Position numbers and translations under genes: made by a program
Shown here: positions 56,382-64,000 of the stretch, one piece after another
Position numbering within the stretch: position 1 is the stretch's first letter
Layout of the letters: each line of letters opens with the position of its first letter
From: an uncultured Desulfospira sp.
Lineage (GTDB): Bacteria > Desulfobacterota > Desulfobacteria > Desulfobacterales > Desulfobacteraceae
Length of the DNA stretch: 64,000 nucleotides
NCBI GenBank assembly: GCA_963663165.1
Contig: OY760175.1
Location: 4,768,001 to 4,832,000, forward strand
Reading direction: 5' to 3'
The notes under the pieces: model-generated
Database searches by the model: none
The model's input: only the letters and a program-made list of their open reading frames with translations
Told to the model about the DNA's origin: nothing

Positions 56382-58475
56382 CTAAAATTCCTTGATCTCC
56401 ATCTTAGCCTCTCCATCCCCGTCCGGGGCAACCTCAACCACCCGGACATGCTTTTCCTGATTTTCGAGCTTTATTTCGCTGTTTTCTCCCTGGATCAGGG
56501 TTCCGGGCTGAATTTCTTTGTCCACCTTTACCAGGGGAATGCCCGGGATCATTTCAGACCACTTGGCAAGGTTGGCCTTTTCAGCAAGCTTTTCTGTCTT
56601 TTCCCTTTCAAGAGCCTGAATCTCCTGGTCAATGGCGGCCAGTCCCGTCTCAATCCGTTCGCTTTTGGCAAGGCATTGGTTCAGCCCATGTTCAACCGCA
56701 TTGGCCTTCTGGTGTAATTTTTCCATGCCGGCGTTAAGGCCCCGGACCGTGCTTTCAAGGCCGCTCTTCCCCTCAAGGGAGGCGATTTTTCCTGACAGCT
56801 CTTCCTGCTCTTTCTGGACCATCTCTTTGGCCTGGGCAAACCGGGTCACCTCTGATTGAATCTCTTCTAGGGCCTTGTCCAGGGTCTGTTTTTTATCCTG
56901 GCGGGCCGCTATGGCGTCATCAATTTGGGCCATGCCGGAATCGATCCGGTTTAATTCATGTTCGAGATACCCGTCATGCCCCACCCGGATGGTGCAGGCC
57001 GGCGTGTTTTCCGAGCCTATATGGCGTGCCAGGACCCCTGATTTTGCCGTGACATTGGAGGAGACCACCTGGCCTTTTTGAACAATCAGGGAGCCTGCGC
57101 AGGAAATGGTTGAATTCACGATTTCCTGGTCCGCCACCACATTTCCCATGCAGACAATGTTGGCGTTATGGATGGATTTGGTTTTAAGGGTTCCTCTGGC
57201 GCAAACAGTTCCTTGAACAATTTTCCGGGTGACCGTAACGTCCCCATCGGCCTCAATGATTCCGCCGTCAACCTCAAGTACTGTGATGTTGTTCCCGCTG
57301 ACCTTGACACCGGACTTAACGCTTCCCCGTACGTTGACATTGCCGTCATAGAGCATATCCCCGGTTTCTTCGTCCACATTGCCCGGGGCAACGTATTCCT
57401 CTAAAGCCACAATGGTTTGGGACAAGGTAAATTTGGGAACCCCGTTGACCTTTGCCAGAATTTTAAGGGTATCTTCGGATAATGTTGCCCCGGTGCCGTA
57501 TAAAAGCGGCACATCTTTTCCGGAAACCGCATTGACTGTATGGCCATAAATATCCTGGCCGTTTTGGGCTTCCACACCAGGGGTTTTTTCAGCCAGAACT
57601 GTCCCTTTTTTAACCCGGGGAACCTCTCCTCTGGGCTTGGCATCAATCTTGCCTTCCTTGTCCAAACCACCGCCGCTTAAGTAGTCTGTGTTAAAAAAAT
57701 ATTCGATTTTGGCGTCTTTGCCCTGAACAGGCTCAATGCCCTGGGCCGCCCTGAAGGTCTGTTCTTTAAATACATCGGATTTTATAAACCCCAGGATCTG
57801 GTCGTCGGGCATTACCCCGAATGTGATGCCCTTTTCCGCCAGGGCAGCTTTGATTTTTTCAGGGGTGGTATCCGGGTCAAAGGACGGGGTTTTAATTAGA
57901 AAGGCGCTCATCAGGTCGTTATAAATTTGAAGCTCAATGCCTCCGGCCAGGGATACAGTCTTATACGGGGTTTGATCTTCGGGTGGTTCGTCGGTATCCG
58001 CGGCCTCCTTTATGGCCCGGGTGTGTTCTTTTTCAGTCTCTTTATATTCCCGGCGTTTCCGCTTTTGAATCTTCAGGATATAATCGCGCTGCCGTTCGGT
58101 CATAAACCCTGACATCACCATCATGTCCCCGATACGGATCGGGGATTTCCGGCCTTTCATGTCACTTTCCTGTTCTTCCAAGGCCAGGTCGGCCACGCTT
58201 TGGTTGATGAACCCAAGCTTGACCGCTATGGTACCGAACAGGATTTCCTTTCTCCTTATTTCAAGGGCCTTTTCCCCCTTGATCAGACGTTCCATATTTT
58301 TCGCGGATATCATTTCGTTGGAAATGAAATACCCCTTTAAGTCGGTACTGATATCTTGAGAGTCACTGCAGTATGCCAGGGCTTTTTCGAGCTCCGCCTC
58401 GGTGATTAATAGATTTTTTACGGCCAGAAGCCCGATCAGCGGCCATTTATTAGAATTATCAGCGCCATTAGCCAT
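56382..58475 (-). CDS. FapA/DUF342 family protein with N-terminal MshEN-like repeats
   Basis: AQGIEPVQGKDAKI, VKKGTVLAEK, GNVDEETG, beta-helix region, coiled coil. Confidence 0.8.
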   Translation of the reverse strand: MANGADNSNKWPLIGLLAVKNLLITEAELEKALAYCSDSQDISTDLKGYFISNEMISAKNMERLIKGEKALEIRRKEILFGTIAVKLGFINQSVADLALEEQESDMKGRKSPIRIGDMMVMSGFMTERQRDYILKIQKRKRREYKETEKEHTRAIKEAADTDEPPEDQTPYKTVSLAGGIELQIYNDLMSAFLIKTPSFDPDTTPEKIKAALAEKGITFGVMPDDQILGFIKSDVFKEQTFRAAQGIEPVQGKDAKIEYFFNTDYLSGGGLDKEGKIDAKPRGEVPRVKKGTVLAEKTPGVEAQNGQDIYGHTVNAVSGKDVPLLYGTGATLSEDTLKILAKVNGVPKFTLSQTIVALEEYVAPGNVDEETGDMLYDGNVNVRGSVKSGVKVSGNNITVLEVDGGIIEADGDVTVTRKIVQGTVCARGTLKTKSIHNANIVCMGNVVADQEIVNSTISCAGSLIVQKGQVVSSNVTAKSGVLARHIGSENTPACTIRVGHDGYLEHELNRIDSGMAQIDDAIAARQDKKQTLDKALEEIQSEVTRFAQAKEMVQKEQEELSGKIASLEGKSGLESTVRGLNAGMEKLHQKANAVEHGLNQCLAKSERIETGLAAIDQEIQALEREKTEKLAEKANLAKWSEMIPGIPLVKVDKEIQPGTLIQGENSEIKLENQEKHVRVVEVAPDGDGEAKMEIKEF

Positions 58476-58498
58476 AACTATATCCTGTTTTATAAAAG

Positions 58499-58570
58499 CG
58501 GTTAGCGATTAGGCGTCAGCCGTTGGTCATGTTTTACAGCTAATAGCTAACGGCTAAAAGCTAACAGCTT
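58499..58570. repeat. Inverted heptamer repeats (gctaac family)
   Basis: gttagcgattaggcgtcagccgttgg...cagctaatagctaacggctaaaagctaacagct. Confidence 0.6.
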
Positions 58571-58571
58571 A

Positions 58572-60287
58572 CTAGATGATTGCGGCCAGTACCCCTGCGG
58601 CAAGAAACGAGGCCTCAATGAGAAATTCGTACTGGCCCCCGGATAAAAATTTTTTCTTTTGGGATATCCTTATCAGTAAAATCATAAAAAGGGGAATCAA
58701 CGCAAGCAAAAAAGCCGCCCCCGGCAGTATATGTAACATACTGCCCAGGGTCATGAGAAGGATATCCAGTATCAACACCCCGAAAATCAGGTTAAAACTT
58801 TTTTCTTCACCCAGCAGAATGGGCAGTGTTTCCCTGCCGCTGATCCGGTCGCCCTGTATGGCCAGGATGTCAAAAAAAGCGGCCCTTGAAAATGCAAGCC
58901 CCGTGGAAAATAGAAAAGCGGCCGGCAGCACCAGAAGCTTTCCCCCGTGGGCAACGGCCGGCAGAATACTGGTCACAACACCCCAGGCAAGCGCAATTAA
59001 AATGGTCTTGGAGCCGGGAATGTCCCTGATCCGGCTTTTCTTTTTATTCCAGAACATTAAAAGGGAAATTTTGGCCTTATTGTAGGCCAGCCCGAGAAGG
59101 GTCATGAGCAGCAGGATAAAAAAGGATAAAATCCCGGTGGAATAGGCCACATAAAGTCCGGCCCCACCGGTACAAAGGGCCATGGCCCTTAGGAAAAAAA
59201 GGTTTTTTCTGTAGAATTCCGCCCGACCTGGATTATTATATGTATCTGATTTTATGGTAAATATATTATTTAATACCTGCATGGACAACACATACAGCAT
59301 GGCGATCACCGAGTGCTTAAGGGAATGGGAAAAGCCCTGAATGGCCGAGCAGGCATAGGTCAGGCTCGCGGCCCCGGCCGCTAACAGCAGGTTGGTTTTG
59401 ATTAAAAAATCCCTTGCCTGGGCAAGTGCCCCTAAAACCGGCTTTCTTTTTTGAAAGGCATTTTCAATCTGAACGCAGGTACAGGTAATGATCCAGTTAG
59501 GGGTTGAGGCGCCGGCGGTAACCGCGATGGATTTGGCTTCGGCCAGCATGTTAAAATCCAGTTCTGCGGCATCCTCGATATGGACGGCCCGTGTGCCGGT
59601 TTCGGTGGCCACCTGGGCAAGCCGTTTGGTGTTGCCGCTTTGCCGGCCGCCCACAACGATGATGGCATCATTCTTTTGGGCCAGATCCCGGACCTCGCTC
59701 TGCCGTTTTTCCGTGGACCCGCAGATGGTATCAAAGATTTCATAATGGGGGGCGTGGGTCTTGCACCAGTCCTTGATCTGCTGGAAAAAAGCGGTGTTCT
59801 GGGTGGTCTGGGCCACCACCACGGCTTTTTCATATTTTGGCAGGGCTTCAAGTTGTGCCAGGGATGTGACAGGCCGGCCATTTGGCCCGGCATACCCGAG
59901 AAGGCCGATGACTTCCGGGTGTTTTTCGTCCCCCACGATAATGGCGCTGTACCCTTTTTTGGCATGGGTTTCCAGGATGACCTGAACCCGGATCACCCGG
60001 GGGCAGGTGGCGTTCAGAACGGTGAACCCGGCCTGTTTGAGGGCCTTTTGATCTTCTGGCGGGACCCCGTGGGCCCGGATCAGGACAATTCCCCGGCCTT
60101 TTTCCGGAATGGTGGAGATCTGGTGAATTCCTTTTCCCTCAAGCATTTCCAGGACCTGGGGGTTGTGGATCAGGGGGCCGTATGTAAAAATAGGGCCTTC
60201 AAACGAGTTGGACGCATCCAGAACCATGTCAACGGCCCTGCGGACCCCCATGCAGAACCCGGCCGTTTTTGCAATGGTGATTTTCAT
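58572..60287 (-). CDS. ispH: 4-hydroxy-3-methylbut-2-enyl diphosphate reductase fused to a UbiA-like membrane domain
   Basis: AGFCMGVRRA, LIHN, RAHG, ATCP, HPE, QTT, TIC, SGNT, TAGASTP; then ~290 aa with multiple TM helices and DILAIQGD. Confidence 0.92.
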   Translation of the reverse strand: MKITIAKTAGFCMGVRRAVDMVLDASNSFEGPIFTYGPLIHNPQVLEMLEGKGIHQISTIPEKGRGIVLIRAHGVPPEDQKALKQAGFTVLNATCPRVIRVQVILETHAKKGYSAIIVGDEKHPEVIGLLGYAGPNGRPVTSLAQLEALPKYEKAVVVAQTTQNTAFFQQIKDWCKTHAPHYEIFDTICGSTEKRQSEVRDLAQKNDAIIVVGGRQSGNTKRLAQVATETGTRAVHIEDAAELDFNMLAEAKSIAVTAGASTPNWIITCTCVQIENAFQKRKPVLGALAQARDFLIKTNLLLAAGAASLTYACSAIQGFSHSLKHSVIAMLYVLSMQVLNNIFTIKSDTYNNPGRAEFYRKNLFFLRAMALCTGGAGLYVAYSTGILSFFILLLMTLLGLAYNKAKISLLMFWNKKKSRIRDIPGSKTILIALAWGVVTSILPAVAHGGKLLVLPAAFLFSTGLAFSRAAFFDILAIQGDRISGRETLPILLGEEKSFNLIFGVLILDILLMTLGSMLHILPGAAFLLALIPLFMILLIRISQKKKFLSGGQYEFLIEASFLAAGVLAAII

Positions 60288-60297
60288 GAAAGCTGGT

Positions 60298-61176
60298 TTA
60301 TGAAAGGGTGTGTAAAAGATCTATCAGACGCTGAAGCTCTGATCTGGACTTAAATCTGATTTCAATGCGGCCTTTATTGCCGTTCATTTTAACATTTACC
60401 GGAGAATGGATCCGCGCGGACAGGGCCGCAGATGTTTCTTCAAGCAGGGCCTTGTCCTCCTCGGTTAAGGCCTTGATTACTTTTTCCGGTGCGGTCTTGG
60501 CCTGCTTGGCCAGTTGTTCGGTCTGGCGCACGGACAGCTTTTTGGCCACAACCTGGCGGAACAGCTCCAGCTGGATTTCCCGGGAGCCGCTGCCAAGCAG
60601 TGCCCTGGCATGTCCCATGGAAATTTCTTCACTTAAAAGGCTTTCCTTGATCTCGTCGGGCAGGCTTCTTAACCTGAGCAGATTGGCAATGGTGGACCTG
60701 TTTTTTCCGATTTTTCCGGCCACCTTTTCCTGGGTATAGCCGAACTCATCAATGAGCCGGGCATAAGCTTCGGCCTCTTCTAAAACATTGAGGTTCTGTC
60801 GCTGAATATTCTCAATGATGGAAACTTCTAAAACCTGCTCATCGGTCAAGTCCTTGACAATTACCGGCACATGGGTCAGTTCTGCGGCTTTGGCGGCCCG
60901 CAGGCGGCGCTCTCCGGCAATAAGCTCATATCCGCCGTCCATGTTTCTGACCAGAAGGGGCTGAAGGATGCCCTGCTGCCGGACGGAATCTTTTAACCGT
61001 TCAAGCTCTTCCTCATTGAAACGGGTTCTGGGCTGATACCGGTTGGGCGTAATGGACGCAACCGGGCAGTTGAAAAAATCAGATCCCTCTCTGGAGGAAT
61101 CCAAGTCCAGATCCGGGATCAGGGCGGATATGCCTTTGCCCAGGCCGGTGTGTTTCCTTGGCTTTTTTATGGTCAT
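60298..61176 (-). CDS. parB: Chromosome partitioning protein ParB
   Basis: [38 protein letters not shown]. Confidence 0.95.
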   Translation of the reverse strand: MTIKKPRKHTGLGKGISALIPDLDLDSSREGSDFFNCPVASITPNRYQPRTRFNEEELERLKDSVRQQGILQPLLVRNMDGGYELIAGERRLRAAKAAELTHVPVIVKDLTDEQVLEVSIIENIQRQNLNVLEEAEAYARLIDEFGYTQEKVAGKIGKNRSTIANLLRLRSLPDEIKESLLSEEISMGHARALLGSGSREIQLELFRQVVAKKLSVRQTEQLAKQAKTAPEKVIKALTEEDKALLEETSAALSARIHSPVNVKMNGNKGRIEIRFKSRSELQRLIDLLHTLS

Positions 61177-61934
61177 GGTCTTTTTAGCAGCTCCCTTGCA
61201 AATGCCATATAACTTTTAGATCCAGGTGATGATTTATCATAAAGCAGGATAGGCAGGCCATAGCTTGGCGCTTCTCCAAGCTTGACGTTTCTGGGGATTT
61301 TGGTTTTGAAAACCATGTCTTTAAAGTATTGTCTGGCGTCTTCCATTACGTTCTGGGCCAGGTTGGTCCGTTTATCAAACATGGTCAACAGGATTCCTTT
61401 GATCTTTAATCCGTGATTAAAGGAGGATTTCACCCGTTTGACCGTATCCAGAAGCTGGCTTAAACCTTCTAAGGCAAAAAATTCACTTTGCAGGGTGATC
61501 AAAACAGAATGAGAGGCCGTAAATGCATTCAGGGTTAACAGGCTCAGGGCCGGGGGGCAGTCAATAATAATATAGTCAAAGTCGTCCATTATCGGGGCCA
61601 GTAGGTCTTTTAACCGGGCTTCCCGACGGTTTTCTGAAACCATTTCGATTTCAAACCCGATGAGATCCACATTGGCAGGAATCAGTTTTAGCTTGGGAAG
61701 CATGGTAGAAAGGATGATATCCTGGACATCAATTTCCCCGATAAGGCCATGGTAAAGAGAGGCGTCAAGGCCGGGTTTGTCCACACCGAGAGCGGTGGTG
61801 GCATTGGCCTGGGAGTCACAGTCCACCAGCAGAACTTTTTTCTTCAGTTCCGCCAGGGCTGCACAGAGGTTGACGGCTGTGGTTGTTTTTCCGACCCCCC
61901 CTTTTTGATTTGCTATACTGATAATCTGAACCAT
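61173..61934 (-). CDS. parA: Chromosome partitioning ATPase ParA/Soj
   Basis: [31 protein letters not shown]. Confidence 0.95.
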   Translation of the reverse strand: MVQIISIANQKGGVGKTTTAVNLCAALAELKKKVLLVDCDSQANATTALGVDKPGLDASLYHGLIGEIDVQDIILSTMLPKLKLIPANVDLIGFEIEMVSENRREARLKDLLAPIMDDFDYIIIDCPPALSLLTLNAFTASHSVLITLQSEFFALEGLSQLLDTVKRVKSSFNHGLKIKGILLTMFDKRTNLAQNVMEDARQYFKDMVFKTKIPRNVKLGEAPSYGLPILLYDKSSPGSKSYMAFARELLKRP

Positions 61935-61993
61935 GATCCGAATTTCTTATCATAATTTACTAGGGGTGGCAATCAGATTGGACCATGAAAAAT

Positions 61994-62021
61994 TTGACAA
62001 TTTTTATTTGTCAGGTAAACT
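61994..62021 (+). promoter_or_regulatory. Sigma-70 promoter directly before the hrpA ATG
   Basis: TTGACA 61994-61999, 16 nt spacer, TAAACT 62016-62021. Confidence 0.5.
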
Positions 62022-62029
62022 CCGGTCCC

Positions 62030-64000
62030 ATGAAGGATGCAAACCATATTCAATATAATCTTGAACTGCCCATTACCGGCAGGCGGCAGGACATTATCCA
62101 GGCGGTTAAAAATCATCCGGTGGTCATTATTTCAGGGGAAACCGGATCGGGAAAAACCACACAAATCCCTAAATTCTGCCTGGAGGCCGGCAGGGGCAAA
62201 AAAGGAAAAATCGGCTGCACCCAGCCCCGGCGGATTGCGGCCGTGAATGTGGCCAGACGGGTGGCCTCGGAACTCAATGAATCCTTAGGCCAGACCGTGG
62301 GATACAAGATCCGGTTTGATGACAAAACCCCGCCTCGGGCCCGGATCAAGTTCATGACCGACGGGATACTTTTGGCCGAAACCCAGCAGGACCGGTTTTT
62401 AAAGCAGTATGACACCCTGATCGTGGACGAGGCCCATGAACGAAGCCTGAACATTGATTTTACTTTGGGGATTTTAAGGCGGCTGGTCAAAAAAAGAAAA
62501 GATTTGAAACTGGTCATCACCTCGGCCACCATTGATACGGAAAAATTTTCAGCCGCCTTTGACCAGGCCCCGGTTATTGAGGTGTCCGGCCGCATGTTCC
62601 CGGTGGAACTGATTTACAGGCCCCTGGCCGATGCAGGGGAAGACGCCCCGGATGACCAGGCTTATGTGGAGGCGGCCGCCGCCGAAGCGGACGGCCTTAT
62701 GTCCAAGACCCGAACCGGGGATATCCTGGTCTTTATGCCCACGGAGCAGGATATCGGGGAGACCATGGAGATTCTTCGGGGGAAAAATTATCCCGGGGTG
62801 GATATCCTGCCGTTGTTTGCCAGGCTTTCGGCCAAAGAGCAGTCCCGGGTGTTTTCCGCTTCCCCGGGGCGCAAGATCATTGTGGCCACCAACGTGGCCG
62901 AAACCTCGCTGACCATTCCCGGCATCAAGTACGTGATTGATACCGGCCTTGCCAGGATCCCGAGCTATTCTCCAAGGACCCGGACCACGGCGTTGCCGGT
63001 GTCGCCCATTTCCCAGAGTTCGGCCAATCAGCGCATGGGCCGGTGCGGTCGGGTGGAAAACGGGATCTGCATCAGGCTTTATGATGAAGATGATTTTAAC
63101 GGCCGCCCCCTGTTTACGGCCCCTGAAATCTTAAGGAGCAACCTGGCAGAAGTCATTTTGCGTATGATATCCCTTAAGTTGGGGGATGTGAACCGGTTTC
63201 CCTTTATTGATCCGCCGGCACCCAAGAGCATCAAGGACGGATTTGACACCCTTATGGAACTGGGGGCCATTCAAACCCTAAAACAAAGGGAACATAAACC
63301 AGCCCGCCGGCAAAAATCCGGGCAGGGGAAAACCATTGCCTTAACCCCAATGGGCAAGCTCATGGCCCGGATCCCCGTGGATCCGAAACTGGCCCGGATT
63401 CTTTTGGAGGCCCAGAAAAAAGCCTGCCTCAAGGAGGCCGTGATCATTGTCACGGCCCTGGCCATTTCCGATGTTCGCCAGCGGCCTGCTGACAGGGCCC
63501 AGGCCGCTGACCAGAAACATGGACAGTTCAGAGATCCCTCTTCGGATTTTGTTACCATTTTGAACATATGGGATGCCTACAAGGCCGCAGAAAAAAAGCT
63601 GAAATCCAGGTCCAAACTCAAACAATTCTGCGTGGATAATTTTTTATCCTTTAAACGGATCAGGGAGTGGCAGGACATCCATCACCAGATCAGCCGCATG
63701 CTCAAAGAACACGGCATTGTCCAGACCGGCACCCTTGAAGCCGTTACGGAAACCGTCAAGCTCAAATCAAAGGAGTTTGAACACGGCGGCCCCCTTTACA
63801 TTGCCCTGCACCAATCGTTGCTTTCCGGATACCTGTCCCACATTGCCCAGAAAAAAGAAAAAAATCTGTTTAACGCGGCCAAGGGACGGCAGGCATTGAT
63901 ATTCCCCGGCTCAGGCCTGTTCAACAAGGCCGGTAACTGGATCGTGGCATCCGAATACGTCAAAACCAGCCAGCTGTTTGCCCGGGGGGTGGCCAACATT
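62030..64000 (+). CDS. hrpA: ATP-dependent RNA helicase HrpA (3' truncated by window; absent from the ORF track)
   Basis: Manual translation MKDANHIQYNLELPIT...GETGSGKTTQIPK, TQPRRIAA, IVDEAHER, TSAT, ATNVAETSLT, QRMGRCGR. Confidence 0.93.
   Translation, partial: MKDANHIQYNLELPITGRRQDIIQAVKNHPVVIISGETGSGKTTQIPKFCLEAGRGKKGKIGCTQPRRIAAVNVARRVASELNESLGQTVGYKIRFDDKTPPRARIKFMTDGILLAETQQDRFLKQYDTLIVDEAHERSLNIDFTLGILRRLVKKRKDLKLVITSATIDTEKFSAAFDQAPVIEVSGRMFPVELIYRPLADAGEDAPDDQAYVEAAAAEADGLMSKTRTGDILVFMPTEQDIGETMEILRGKNYPGVDILPLFARLSAKEQSRVFSASPGRKIIVATNVAETSLTIPGIKYVIDTGLARIPSYSPRTRTTALPVSPISQSSANQRMGRCGRVENGICIRLYDEDDFNGRPLFTAPEILRSNLAEVILRMISLKLGDVNRFPFIDPPAPKSIKDGFDTLMELGAIQTLKQREHKPARRQKSGQGKTIALTPMGKLMARIPVDPKLARILLEAQKKACLKEAVIIVTALAISDVRQRPADRAQAADQKHGQFRDPSSDFVTILNIWDAYKAAEKKLKSRSKLKQFCVDNFLSFKRIREWQDIHHQISRMLKEHGIVQTGTLEAVTETVKLKSKEFEHGGPLYIALHQSLLSGYLSHIAQKKEKNLFNAAKGRQALIFPGSGLFNKAGNWIVASEYVKTSQLFARGVANI

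Noticed and set aside
60298..62030. parS sites or oriC next to parAB
   Set aside because: No TGTTTCACGTGAAACA-like palindrome or DnaA-box cluster was seen by eye, and dnaA/gidA are not adjacent.

Overview
Chromosomal window that looks like an anaerobic deltaproteobacterium, probably Desulfobacteraceae (inferred from gene content and repeat style, not from a search). Left to right: the 3' end of pilQ; a serS-thrC-LysM-pilF-like operon; 5-formyl-THF cyclo-ligase; a Cache/PAS/GAF diguanylate cyclase; an Fe-S protein; a TetR-icmF-thiolase-hbd short-chain acyl-CoA cluster; a TRAP transporter; LysE; a hybrid histidine kinase; an intact ISKra4/ISLre2-type IS carrying a DUF4338 passenger gene; a catabolic cluster (Fe-ADH, TRAP, beta-hydroxyacid dehydrogenase, GntR, EthD, ALDH); a GGDEF-EAL gene plus an orphan PhnD-like binding protein behind a candidate c-di-GMP-I riboswitch; an 11.4-kb single-gene type I PKS/FAS; a divergent sigma-54 activator and YihG-like acyltransferase; a PEP-CTERM-like protein; FapA; an IspH-UbiA-like fusion; parB/parA; and the 5' part of hrpA. 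The best candidate for an undescribed system is the megasynthase locus. It has the order FabK-like ER x2, KS, degenerate KS, AT, KS, ACP x3, KR, DH; all three ACPs carry Thr where the phosphopantetheine Ser normally sits; and it is linked to a sigma-54/IHF promoter, an activator and an acyltransferase. Also notable is a dispersed two-hairpin repeat with covariation, one copy of which lies inside the IS. No rRNA, tRNA or CRISPR array was seen. All calls come from manual motif reading; no database searches were run.
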